A stretch of 63,190 nucleotides of DNA, the filler included, from Octopus bimaculoides (Eukaryota): NCBI RefSeq assembly GCF_001194135.2. It is 5 parts of 4 records of this genome, joined end to end, with 100 filler letters (N's around TTAATTAATTAA, not from the genome) between each part and the next. Parts side by side here need not be neighbours in the genome. Positions count along the whole stretch, not along the records: positions 20,068 to 43,431 come from NC_069001.1; 4 more parts are not named here. One strand, written 5' to 3'. The notes beneath the pieces are model-generated. The model was not told the origin of the DNA. It saw only the letters and a list, made by a program, of their open reading frames with translations, and searched no databases. Below, one piece after another: positions 22,736-35,846 of the stretch. Each line of letters begins with the position of its first letter. Position 1 is the stretch's first letter. A program made the translations under genes and the position numbers.

Positions 22736-23619
22736 ATGGAGTGACAATTCATGTAAAAATGACGTTTTGATATAAAGATAGAAACAAAAAATTGACCTCA
22801 TTTGTAAAAAAGTTTAGACCCGGGTTTGAACCCAGTAAACAAATTTAGTTCTTGGTTATATGTTTCTGTCTACCAAATTCTCTCACAAGGCATTGGTCCC
22901 CACCCAGGGCTATAATAGAAACCATCTAAGTTATCATGCAGTAGGATTAATCTCAAAACCACATTACTGGAAAGCAAGCTTCTTAACCATGCAGTCATCT
23001 GGCAGGGATTTCACCAGCTGTTCCATCAGGTTATCATTGGGTTATATACCCCCAACTACAATACTTTAACACTCTCACAAAGATGGCTGTGTGTATATGT
23101 GTGTGTGTGTGTGTGTCTTTGTGCATGTGTTTGTCCTCCACCACCACTTGACAACAGGTGCTGGTATGTTTACATCCCTGTAACTTGGCAGTTTGGCAAA
23201 AGACACCAATAAAAAAAGGAACAGGCTTTAAAAAATTTAATAAGCACTGGGGTTGATTCGTTGGGCTAAAATTCTTCAAGGCGGTGCCCCAGCATGGCCA
23301 TAGTTTGATGTCTGATGGCTGGAAAAAGTAAAAGAAAAGAGACAAAAAAAAAGAAGAAAAAACATGTCCCATATAAGAGACAACATCAAAAAATATGACC
23401 CCAATGTCATACTGGAAATATCCAACTTGATAAAAAGCAGAGACAGCCATAGAGGTCCTCATCACTTTGAAGATTTTGGTTAAGAAAACCACCCAAGCCA
23501 GAAGCTGGAAATGGAGCATAATTATAGCATTTGTAAATCTAAATAAAACACAAACGAATTAGCATCCTACAGACTCTTCTTCTTCCTGTGTACAGCATCA
23601 GAGAAAGGATATCACTAAT

Positions 23620-23894
23620 CCTTGACATCCTTCTATCCAAACCTCAATTTGGGTTTCATCCACTTCGTTCAACAACCATGCTACTCATAAATCTAACATA
23701 AAAATGAATGATTGAATAAATGAAGGCTTTATTAACAACAGTGCCTCCCATGTGTACTATTTTAACTGTTATCAACATCAGCAAAGTTTCTGACTCTATT
23801 CCCAGCTTTACAATCAAAAGAAAGAAATATTCAACACCTCTTTAAGATACAATTCCCCCCAGCTTTCCTTATACCATCAACCGATCATCACCAC

Positions 23895-23927
<33 letters not shown>

Positions 23928-24110
23928 GAACAAAGAGAGCAAAACTATTTTTACAAACTTCTACAAAAGAAGGAGTTCCACCAAAAAAAAGAGCCAAAGT
24001 TTTCTTGGATTTAACAACAGTGCAACAATCACCGACATAAAAACCGCTGGAGATTTACACAAAATAATTATTAGGCACATCTAAGAAATAAACAGATAAA
24101 TAAGAATTAA
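23620..24110 (+). mobile_element. Degenerate LINE RT fragment (Jockey/I-like)
   Basis: PQFGFHPLRSTTMLLINLT ... VINISKVSDSIP resembles QxGFR..STT..AIDISKAFD; heavily broken. Confidence 0.6.
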
Positions 24111-24608
24111 AAATAAGCACAGGCACGGCTGGGTGGTAAGAAGCTTGCTTCCCACTCACGTGGTTCTGGGTTCGGTTCCACTCTGCGGTGCACCTTGGGC
24201 AAGTGTCATATATATTCAAATGAGGCAGATGGATGTGTTAGCATCAAAGTCGAAGGTTTTGTAACTAACGGGGACAGCATTTGTATATCACCTGAAGAAA
24301 TACAACTGGATCCCATTATACAGGTAAACCGTTGCATAATTCAAGTCCTGTATATATGTGGATATATGCTATATGGGAACGTGTGTAGTGATTATTAAAT
24401 AACTGTGTAACTGTACTCCTTCTGTGTAACTGTACTCTATCTTATTCAGTTTCATTTTCACACATGAAGAATGCCTAACCCTAGACTTGGAAGTATACCG
24501 TAATACTACCAGCTATTTGGTAATTCTAAGGGTGAACGAGTTCTATTGTGTACTCTACTATGTTCCTAATGGAATACATCTTAAAATTATATATATATTA
24601 TATATATA

Positions 24609-24829
24609 TATGAGGGGGTGTTGAAAAGTTCCTGCCTTTAAGGGTGTCATGAAAGACCTGGTTGGAGGTCCAACCTTCCAAGTTCTTTTACAAGGCTTAG
24701 AAAACCTGAAAGATCACTGCAATAAGTGAGTGAATTTGAGAGGGGAATATGTTGAATAAAATCATAATTAACTGATCTTCCTGTATTTTCTTTTACCCAA
24801 AGCCAGGATCTTTTCAACAACCCCTTCTA
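24609..24829 (+). mobile_element. Mariner-derived MITE (about 220 bp)
   Basis: TIRs TATGAGGGGGTGTTGAAAAGTTCCTG / CAGGATCTTTTCAACAACCCCTTCTA; the interior retains a transposase C-terminus (..LRGEYVE*). Confidence 0.85.
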
Positions 24830-24999
24830 TACATACATACGATGGCTTCCTTTAGTTTCCAGCTACCAAATTCACTCATGAGGCATTAATCAACCTGAGG
24901 CTAGAATAAAACCCACTTTGCCAAAGGTGTCATGCAGTGCAATTGAGCTTGAAACGATGTGGTTGGGAAGCAAACCGTACCTGTGCCTACAAAGTTAGA

Positions 25000-25265
25000 C
25001 ACAAACCTTAAACGTAAAACACATGACGGTTTTATTAACAAAAAACAAACTCCCACACATAACATTTTAATAGCCATCAACGTTGGCAAAGTTTCTGACT
25101 CTATTCCCTGCTATACAATCATACTAGAAAATACTCAACACCCCTTTAAGAAAGAACACAAACCTCTGCTTGTCAGGTTGCCAAGCTTATGGAGTGCAGA
25201 ATAAAAACATTTCCAGAACCTGCAATTTCGTAAATAGAATACCACAGGGATCCATCCTCAGGGTC
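25000..25265 (+). mobile_element. Second degenerate LINE RT fragment homologous to 23720-23860
   Basis: ILIAINVGKVSDSIP ... PQGSIL; shares GCAAAGTTTCTGACTCTATTCCC with the upstream fragment. Confidence 0.6.
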
Positions 25266-26022
25266 TATAAATGAAGGGGGTTCAGCCGGTATATCAGTCC
25301 AGGATTTGGAATGTTAAAAAGGGGCTTGTTGCTATATGCATGGCTCCTTTCCTTAAATGAAAACAAAAAGAAAACAAAATTTAAGCTAACAGGGATGGCT
25401 GTGTGGTGAAGAGGCTCAGTTTCCAACCATGTGGTTTCAGGTTCAGTCCCACTGCACTGTACCTTGGACAAGTGTCTGCTACTATAGCTGCAGGCTGACC
25501 GATGCCTGATGAGTGAATTTGATACAATATATTTTTATAAACAAACCTAGAAGTGCCAAGTGAGTTGGTATTTTACAGAAAGTAAAGAAAGTCTCAAATG
25601 CAGAATAGTTTTGAAAACTGCTAAGAAAATTGTATAAATATCCATAAAAGAGGGAAAATTTGGCCAAGTAGCTTGTTGGTCATTTCCCAAGAGTATTTAG
25701 CCTCTCTTTATACAAATATAAATACATATATATGTCTGTATGATTATATATATATATATGATTATATAGCTATGTATATATGTATGTGTATGTATTTGTG
25801 TGCATGTTTGTGCTTTCTGTCCTCTCCCACTGCTTGAGAAATGATGTTGGTTTGTTCACATCCCTGTAACTTAGTGGTTTGGCATAGGAGATCGATAGAA
25901 TAGGTACCAGACTCAAAAAAGAAACTGATGTTGTTTCTTATATGGTTGAACTTTCTATAGATTGGAAACTAACCAGTATTGGACTTATGATCCCTTAATG
26001 CAGTTTATTACCTCTACTTGAT

Positions 26023-26096
<74 letters not shown>

Positions 26097-26190
26097 GGGA
26101 ATCAGTTGATGATTCACTCCATTGCTACTTTGAGTTTCATGCATGTAAAGTGAATGTATGATTGGCCAGGTAGTATTTAGTGAATGATAT

Positions 26191-26228
<38 letters not shown>

Positions 26229-26788
26229 AACAGAAAGAGAACAAGAAAGAGAGAGAGAGAGAGAGAATATGATAAATAGTTAAACAGATTAGATGGATGT
26301 TACAGACATCCAACAAGAAAAATAGACAGACAGACAGACAGACAGATACATGGAAAGTGGTAGCAACTCAGCAATAGGGTGTGCGCCATTCTAAGTTAAA
26401 ATGTCATGGCATCAGTGAATCCTCTCACCAATACCACCACCACCACCACCACCACCACCACCACCACCACTATTACCACTCACTGTGCTCTTTCAACCAC
26501 TAAGTATGTGTTGAGAGTGTAGCAGAAGGAGGCCTAGTTAGGTGTCAGTAAGGGAACCTGAAGTCACCAAAGTGTGTTAAATGAGTTTGTATACATAGGT
26601 CTGTACTGTTTCCTCTGGTTTTTCTTTTTCTTTTCTTTTCTTTTTTTTTTGCAGTTAAAACAGATGGTAATTTAGTAAATAATCATGGCNNNNNNNNNNN
26701 NNNNNNNNNNNNNNNNNNNNNNNNNNNNNNNNNNNNNNNNNNNNNNNNNTCTTCACAAAAAAAAAAAATATATATATATAAACATATA

Positions 26789-26835
<47 letters not shown>

Positions 26836-28918
26836 GAAAAACAGGAAAACAAACAAAATGGAGAAATTATCGAACAAGCAGAAACTAAGATGAAAATGAA
26901 AATAGTTGGTTTGGGTGGGGTTGTGAAAATAAAATTTAAAAAGTTATAAATGTATAATTTATAATTTTTGAAATTTTACCAAAATAGGATTTAATGTGTC
27001 CTGTTTTGTTTATTAAAAATTAACTATGTTGTGCAAACATAATTTTTGGAATTACTATTTGTAATTTTTATATAAAAATATTATTTATACATAAATAATA
27101 TAATAAAAAAGGATAAAGACCCCCTTCTGTCATGAATGACCCATGGGATTGCACTTAGAAAGTTCCCCTCTGGGGCACAAGTTTGGGCAAGGTTGTTTAT
27201 GGAAGACCAGCTGTTGCCCCTGCATACCAGCCTCCCCTCTCCACCCCATCGATGTTATCCCAGGAAAAGGCAAAGGGACCGATACAACCTGGCACCAGTT
27301 TCTACAGCTGAGTGAACTGGAGCAACGTGAAATAAAGTGTCTTGCTCAAGGACACACCATACAGCCCAGTCCAGGAATTGAACTCGCTACCTCATGATTT
27401 ACAGCTGGATGCCCTTCCAAATGTCAATCACTTTACAATGTGGACTGGATACTTTTTAGAAGGTATCAGCACTGGCAGGGGCACCAAGATGTGAAGTGAT
27501 GTGCTTTTGTTTTGAACACTTTAATACNNNNNNNNNNNNNNNNNNNNNNNNNNNNNNNNNNNNNNNNNNNNNNNNNNNNNNNNNNNNNNNNNNNNNNNNN
27601 NNNNNNNNNNNNNNNNNNNNNNNNNNNNNNNNNNNNNNNNNNNNNNNNNNNNNNNNNNNNNNNNNNNNNNNNNNNNNNNNNNNNNNNNNNNNNNNNNNNN
27701 NNNNNNNNNNNNNNNNNNNNNNNNNNNNNNNNNNNNNNNNNNNNNNNNNNNNNNNNNNNNNNNNNNNNNNNNNNNNNNNNNNNNNNNNNNNNNNNNNNNN
27801 NNNNNNNNNNNNNNNNNNNNNNNNNNNNNNNNNNNNNNNNNNNNNNNNNNNNNNNNNNNNNNNNNNNNNNNNNNNNNNNNNNNNNNNNNNNNNNNNNNNN
27901 NNNNNNNNNNNNNNNNNNNNNNNNNNNNNNNNNNNNNNNNNNNNNNNNNNNNNNNNNNNNNNNNNNNNNNNNNNNNNNNNNNNNNNNNNNNNNNNNNNNN
28001 NNNNNNNNNNNNNNNNNNNNNNNNNNNNNNNNNNNNNNNNNNNNNNNNNNNNNNNNNNNNNNNNNNNNNNNNNNNNNNNNNNNNNNNNNNNNNNNNNNNN
28101 NNNNNNNNNNNNNNNNNNNNNNNNNNNNNNNNNNNNNNNNNNNNNNNNNNNNNNNNNNNNNNNNNNNNNNNNNNNNNNNNNNNNNNNNNNNNNNNNNNNN
28201 NNNNNNNNNNNNNNNNNNNNNNNNNNNNNNNNNNNNNNNNNNNNNNNNNNNNNNNNNNNNNNNNNNNNNNNNNNNNNNNNNNNNNNNNNNNNNNNNNNNN
28301 NNNNNNNNNNNNNNNNNNNNATGTGGACATGTTGAATAGATAGTGTATAACAGTGTTGTATAGGCTCTAAATAACAGTGTAAACGTTATATGGACAGTAT
28401 ATTATAGGCTGGGCATGTTGTATAGAGAGTATATGACAATGTAGGCATGTTGTATAGGCTGTTTATATCAGTGTTGACATGTGTAGACAGTATATAGAAA
28501 TGGGTCATTTCTTGTAGCCAGTGTAAAACGGTCTCTCCTGATGACCCCATGACCATCCCAGCTTATTTTATTCAAAGTTTACTTTATAAAAAAAAAAAGA
28601 ATATTTCCTTCTGCATTGAAAGGGGGAAATTTGTGATTTTAGGTAGATACTGCTGTTATTTCTAGTATCTCGTGTGACCACATAGGAGCTCCCGTGTTCC
28701 CTTATTTGTGTTTATATTGTGGCGGGGAAAGAGAAGGGAGTCCATTGGGAAGACACCGATGTTGTTGAATGATAGAAGCGAAGAGATAACAAGTTGATAT
28801 TTTGACTGCTTCCCTCCCACACGTTCACCACAGCTGCCATGTCCTACTCCACCTAAACACGCACATAGCTATATAATCGTACGTGTATGTATATATGTTT
28901 GTGTATATGTATATATGT

Positions 28919-29062
28919 CACTAGCGGGGGTGGGGGCCATACGGGGGGGTCCGCCCCAGGCGGCACTTTGGGGTCTGCTGTAGACAACGTGCTTTTTGAG
29001 GGGTCCGGGAGCGGCAAACGGAAGGGTCGCACCGGGCGGCACACACTCTAGCTACGCTAGTA
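28919..29062. mobile_element. GC-rich MITE-like element in a microsatellite
   Basis: Ends CACTAGCG ... CGCTAGTA; the same right end ACACACTCTAGCTACGCTAGTG recurs at 32057-32080. Confidence 0.6.
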
Positions 29063-30492
29063 ATGTGTGTGTGTGTGTGTGTGTGTGTGTCGGTGTAACT
29101 GACTTAGTCCCCTCCACCAAAATTGCCGGCCTCATGCCAAAATTTGAAACCGTTATTAAGCTGATATTTGGAACAAATTAACACGAAATTTTGAAGCAAG
29201 GTTTTGATTTAAATAACTTAAATCCTTTCTGCCTTTGTTTCAATTAATTTTGAAAGCTTTGAAGAACTTATTAAAATAACTTTGTCGTTTTAAGCTGGCG
29301 TTTGAAATAAAATAGAAAGAAAGTTTTGACGGAAAGTTTCAAGGGTTCTGGTGGGTTGGAATCCTAAGGGTTAAAGATTGGTCCGCCAGATCAAGTGATC
29401 CCTACCACCATCATAGTTTACCACTATAGCTTTTCTATGCTTGCATGGGTCAGACAAATTGTTGAGGCAAATTTTCTACAGTCGGATGCCCTTCCTGTCA
29501 CCAACCCACACCTGTTTCCATGCAAGATAATATCTTCCCATAGCTAGACAAGTATTTCTTAGAGGTCTGGAAACGAACAACTTCGCTTGTATGAAGATGA
29601 TGTTTTTTACAACCATCACGTGATGTCTAGACAAGGATACACACAAACACGCACGCACACACACACCACACAAACAGATAGACAGACAGACAGACAGACA
29701 GATAGATAGATAGATAGAGCAGGCTTCTTTCAGTTTCTGCGTATGAAATTGACTCACAAGGCTTTGGTTGGCTCGGGACTATAGCGAAAGACACCCAAGG
29801 TGCTGCAAAGTGAGACTGAACCCGAGATCACATGGTTAGGAAGCAAGCTTCTTAAGCACACAGCCACGCCTTGGGTGCCAAACACGCGACACAACTCGGG
29901 AGGTGGTGCAGCTATAGAATTACAGAGCAAGAAAACACCAACGTCAACCTGTTGGGTTAACAGGGTGGAATGTTAACGTGGCAAGGAAGTTCACTTTGTA
30001 ACCGGGTGGTTCTGCAACCAATACTGTCTAAAAACATGGGTACGCTTGGCTGTTACCCGAGGACCACAAGTGCCAAGGATGGGGGAGGGCTAATTCTAAT
30101 CTAGGTATGCTGTGGTTGTGTATGTAAGGGCTGCAATGCATTACATTGCCTGGGGTTGTATAATGTTTTAAAAACAGCTCTGTCTGCACTACGTAGGGGC
30201 GAAAATATTCTACCATGGTTTCGGGGCCAGGCAAATCTTTGTGAGGTAATTTTGGGTTCGGGAGGGTAAATGTAGAAGAACATCATTGGGTGGATTGTAT
30301 CTGCTGTTGGGTGGTCACCTGGTTTAATACCAACTCCTGGCCCTTGGGTGCCTCCTTTTGTGAAGTTCATTCTGTTGCATGTATTCGAGAAATTTCTTCC
30401 TTCTTCTAAACCAGTCGCAAAGGCCCTTCAAAAGGTCATTGGGTACTGCCCTTCTCTCTCTCCTCACACACAGGCACACACACATATACACA

Positions 30493-30523
<31 letters not shown>

Positions 30524-31952
30524 CACACTTAATGTGTGTGTGTGTACATGTGTAATTTCATAAGTACCATGCACGATGCACACACATGTGTACACACATA
30601 CACGTATACATAATTGTGTGTGTGTGAAGTTTGATTAATACCACGCATAAAACTCTCGCTCGGCCCTTGAGTCACTTTGTAACTTCTGCCAATAATAATA
30701 ATAATAATAATAATATACACGCACATACTCGTGTATTAAGCTCTGATTATCGTGTTATTCTACCAAGTTAAACACACACACACACACACACACACGTGTA
30801 TTGTGTATATATTAATGAGTGCTCGGGTATATTTTACGTTCAAGAATTTATGTGTATTTGCAAATGTGAATATATAACATAAGAAAAGGTAAGGTAAAGA
30901 CGAAGACAGATAAATAGATAGATAGATAGATAGAAAGAGAGAGAGAGAGAGAGAGTCTGTGACAATGAAAAGAAAAAACAACAATACGAAAGAAATACAA
31001 TAAACTGGTCCCTACCGTTTATGTATCCAGGACCGTTTTTGGTGCCAGGTTTTCAGTCGTTAACAGAGGCATATTAAAATGTATTCGTAAGAGGGAGAGA
31101 GGGAAGGAAGAACTGTCGAGAGGTAAAGATAGACGGGGTCGTAGAATTATATATATNNNNNNNNNNNNNNNNNNNNNNNNNNNNNNNNNNNNNNNNNNNN
31201 NNNNNNNNNNNNNNNNNNNNNNNNNNNNNNNNNNNNNNNNNNNNNNNNNNNNNNNNNNNNNNNNNNNNNNNNNNNNNNNNNNNNNNNGATAGAAGATTGA
31301 TAGATATATAAATAGACAGGCGATCAGGCAGACAAGGGGAGAGAGACAGACAGAGAGGGAGAAAAAGAGAGATATAAACAAACAGAATGATAGACAGATA
31401 GATAGATAGATAGATAGATAGAGAGATAGATAGATGGATGGTAAGGTTAAAATGTATGTATATAGTAAGTATTCCAATGAGGTTGATGCGTCTGTCTCGA
31501 GGCAAGACTTGTTATATATTTTGGCAAAAGCGAATTACGGAAGCACGTCGAGAGCTAGAAACTCTTCAAAGTTTATCTTTAGTTTATCTGAAGAACAGGT
31601 AAGCTGGTAGCCTGGCCTCGGTTCTATCACCACCGCCAACCAACGTATTACCAAGTACTGCTACGACTATTAATACTAGCACTTCTTTTCAATGTACGTA
31701 CATACGTGAACAAACACATGCGTATTTTCACGTCTGCATACACGCGCGCGCGCTCACACACACTTTTATCTCCAAGATGACAAGTCTTACAGAAACAAAC
31801 AGCAGATTACACAGCGTGGTTCCACAGGCCTCACGTCGAACCGCTCCACTTCTCAGCTCTCTCACCCATGTATGTATGTATGTATGTATGTGTGTGTGTG
31901 TGTGTGCGTGCGTGTATGTGTATGTATGTATGCATGCATGCACGCACGCACG

Positions 31953-31994
<42 letters not shown>

Positions 31995-32456
31995 CCTATC
32001 TATCTATCTATCTGTCTGTCTGTCTTCCGTGACGAAAGGAAGAGCCACCTCAGGTAACACACACTCTAGCTACGCTAGTGTAAGTATGTATAATTCAAGT
32101 AAGGAGTAAAGACCCCCTTCGGACATGACTGACCATGGAATTGCACCTAGAAAGTTCCCCTCCGAGGCACAAGGCCGGGCAAAGTTGTTTATGGAAGACC
32201 TGCAGTCGCCCATGCATACCAGTCTCCCCTCTTCCAGCCACCGATGTTATCCAAGGGAAAGATAAAGACCGATACAGCTTGGCACCAGTGACGTCACAAC
32301 TCATTTCTACAGCTGGGTTAATTGGAGCAACGTGAAGTAAAGTGTCTTGCTCAAGAACACAACACAAAGCCCGGTCCGAGAATCGAACTCACTACCTCAT
32401 GATCGTGAGCCCACCTTCTTTCCAGCTGTCTCTTATAGAAAACAAAAGGTTTATAT

Positions 32457-32692
32457 CAGTGGTTCTCAACTGGGGTCCTTATGGCCCTCGGGGGTCCTGT
32501 ATCAGATTTTCTTGCTTAAATTGGTTATAATTCTACAAAAGATAAAATAGTTTAACAGTTTCTTTTATTCACTTCCTGATCATATCTAATTATGATAGGA
32601 TTCTTTTAAAACATCGAATGGCTACGAGGGTCCAGTAAGTGTAGAACAGGAACCAAAGGCATCCATAGGTTTAAAATGTTTGGGTGCCACTG
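32457..32692. mobile_element. Degenerate hAT/Charlie-like MITE
   Basis: Begins CAGTGGTTCTCAAC, ends GTTTGGGTGCCACTG; no TSD retained. Confidence 0.55.
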
Positions 32693-32790
32693 TTGGCTAT
32701 TAAAATCTGATTTTTTTAAGAACATTCATTTGTAGATATTAGGCAGGCATTGTATGCCTTGCATTGATGCACGAAACGATACCGAAACAT

Positions 32791-32842
<52 letters not shown>

Positions 32843-32884
32843 ACACACACACACGTACATCCATCCACATGTATGTCCCTTCTA

Positions 32885-33365
32885 TTTTTTATTATTATTA
32901 TAAATCTTCTACTGAGGAGGGACCCGGTTTCCAACAAAGATACAAGACTCCATCTTTGGGATGTAGTTTACACAGACAAATTCACATTTGGAACTTGAGA
33001 AAAGTCTTGCATATTTTCACTGTTCCACTCCCAGATTGCACTTGTAATGAACGGATCAGCCGGTCAATTTCCCTTTCTGAAAATCCCAGTTTATCCAGAT
33101 TCTCCTTTAAACATTTACAAACAAAACCTAAAGCTCCAATTATTATTAGTATGAATATGAATTCATAGTCCGGAAATAGAAGCTGGAGATTTCGAAGCAG
33201 TTGTCCATAGACATCCTCTTTTTCTTTGATTTTCAAAGAGATATTTATATCTGCAGGGCAGCTGACCTCTATGATGGCACATCCCTTTGCCCCTCCGTCC
33301 CAAACAACAATATCAGGTCCGTTATGTTTTACATTTGACAGAAGTTTTGATGGGAATATTCCATC
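32885..33365 (-). mobile_element. RLE-type non-LTR retrotransposon 3' end (family different from the 58.8 kb element), (TAA)n tail
   Basis: KHNGPDIVVWD..CAIIEVSCPADINISLKIKEKEDVYGQLLRNLQLLFPDY..IIIGALG..GTVKICKTFLKFQM*, then a short UTR ending TATAATAATAATAAAAAA. Confidence 0.85.
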
Positions 33366-33834
33366 ATGTATGAATGTATGTATGTATGTGAGTGTATTTG
33401 TAACTATGTTTGTCCCTCCACCACCACTATCACCACCACCACCGCTTAACGACCGGTGTTGGTTTGTTTTCGTCCCAATAAACTAGCGGTTTGACAAAAA
33501 CGACTGACGGAATAATTACCAGATTTAAAAGTAAAGTACCGGGGGTCGATCTGCTCGACCGCACCCTTTAAGGCTGTGAGAAACTAGTGTGAGATATATG
33601 CGCGCGCGCGTGTGTGTAGTTATGAAAGTTTGGCCGAATGTAAACAAATACCTGTTGTCGATCCCCCATTTTGTGTCTACGGAAGACCTGACAGCAGACG
33701 TTTGTTTATATTTGTCCAATTTCACAGTGTCAGTGAAAAACATTAGGTTTACCTTAATAGACATTTAGAATTATCCGTTATACACCCACCCACACACAGA
33801 CATACACATACACAGAGGCAAACAGACAGGCAGT

Positions 33835-33866
<32 letters not shown>

Positions 33867-33910
33867 GTTATATATAAGATATATAACTATTCATGCATAT
33901 ATGTAATGTC

Positions 33911-33962
<52 letters not shown>

Positions 33963-34102
33963 GTGTGTGTGTGTATGCGCGAACACTGGGCCGACTGCTC
34001 AACCGCAGCCTTTAGCTCTATAGGTAGGCAAGAAGAGCACGTGTTACTATAATTAGTTAGTTTAGTAATAAGATAGTGGGCTACTTGCATCGGATTCGTA
34101 TT

Positions 34103-34148
<46 letters not shown>

Positions 34149-34679
34149 GGAGAAGTTGAGTGAGAGAAGAGACGTAGAGACAGAGATTAGATCGACAGTC
34201 AGACAGATATACGCCCTGAATACCCCCATCACATCCCGGTCACTACCCGCCACCACCACCCGCCACCATCACCACCTCCTCCATCACCATCACCCCCACC
34301 ACCACCAGCATCACCAAGGACGGTGATACAACAGTAAGGTTCCTTTGTAGTTTAATCTGCAATGCTTGTAGTACGAAGAACGTTTATGAAGCTGCGTGGA
34401 ACTGAGTGGAGTTGATTGTTGTGCTCAATGGTGTCGAGTGCTGTACTCGGTAAACATTGTGTTCAATAGAGTTAAATATTATGCTCAGTGGAGATGAGTG
34501 TAGTGCTCAATGGGACTGAGTGTTGTACCCAGTAGAGCAGGCTGTTGAGTTCGGTGGAATTGAGAGCCATCAAGCGAGCTTCCCGTCTATTATTCGGGCA
34601 AAGCGTACTTGGACTACAATATCCAGGGGTTCCTTCAAACGCTAGACTAACCATTAAACAAAATAAGCACGTGCTTGGG

Positions 34680-34821
34680 CAGGGGCCGGCTCAAGGTACC
34701 GGCAACTCGGGTAGTCGCCCGGGGCGCCATCTGCTTTTTAATCTATATTTTCAGTTTTTCTCCTTGTGAAAGTTTTTAAAAATTATATTTGTAAGGCCGC
34801 CGAAGTTCAGCGCCGGCCCTG
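34680..34821. mobile_element. hAT-like MITE with 8-bp TSD
   Basis: TIRs CAGGGGCCGGC / GCCGGCCCTG; flanks TGCTTGGG (34672-34679) and TGCTTAGG (34822-34829), one mismatch. Confidence 0.8.
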
Positions 34822-35796
34822 TGCTTAGGGCATCAAAGGAAGGGAGAGGGACACCACAAAAATGGTAACTGGTTTACAGCGCAAAAGAAATCGGGTACTT
34901 TTGGGTTATCTCACCCCCATTAAAAAATTGCGTTATCTCCAGCATTCTACAAGAAATATTGGAACTTTTGGTCATCTCCCTCGACTAAAAAAATTGTTTA
35001 ACCCTCAATAAAAAAAAAATGAAAAATTAATTTGTAATTTGTAATTTGAAATATAAACAATAATAAACCATAAAATAAATTCTTATTTTACAAAATCCAA
35101 CAAAACTAACGATAAGAGGGGGAAATAATGTTTATTTTTTGTATACTTTCACTTTATATTTGAAAAGTTTTTCCCTTTTTTTCTTTTTAATTGCAAAGTC
35201 TTTGATCAGATCCTCACTGTGACCCCAGGAACACTTCGAAATGAAATTTATGATCATATTAACCATCTTGAATATTATTTTAGTAAGTTTAAAGCGATTT
35301 CTGGTACTTTTTGGTTATTTCACACACACACACACCGCTAAAAAACTGGAAAAGTGGAAAATGTGCATAACGCCGTGTGCGTGTGTGTGCCCGCGTTTGC
35401 GTACACGGGCATGTGTATGTATAAACAGTATATGAATGTATGTATGTATGTAAATATATAAATGTATAAGAGGGGAGAGAAAGAGAGAAGGAAACAGAGA
35501 GAAGAGAGAAGGAGTACATGAGTACATGTCACTTGGAGGTAAGGCAGAGAGACAGACCGCCGCATCTGGCTCTTTTCTTCATCTTGGCGAGATGTGAGTG
35601 GCTGTGTTTATTTACATGAGAGAAATCAGGGCATTTAGTGTTTGTCGGGTGGTTGGGTGGTGGGTACGTGACGTGTGTGAAAGAGAGAGAGAGAAGAAAG
35701 AGTGAAAGAGTGTGATAGAGACAAGGAATGTGATATGAAAGAGAGAGAGAGAGTGATTGTAAGACAGAGAATGTGATAGTATGAAAGAGAGAGTAA

Positions 35797-35846
<50 letters not shown>

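Noticed and set aside
34190-34326. Poly-His ORF
   Set aside because: It is a (CAC)n trinucleotide repeat with no coding context.
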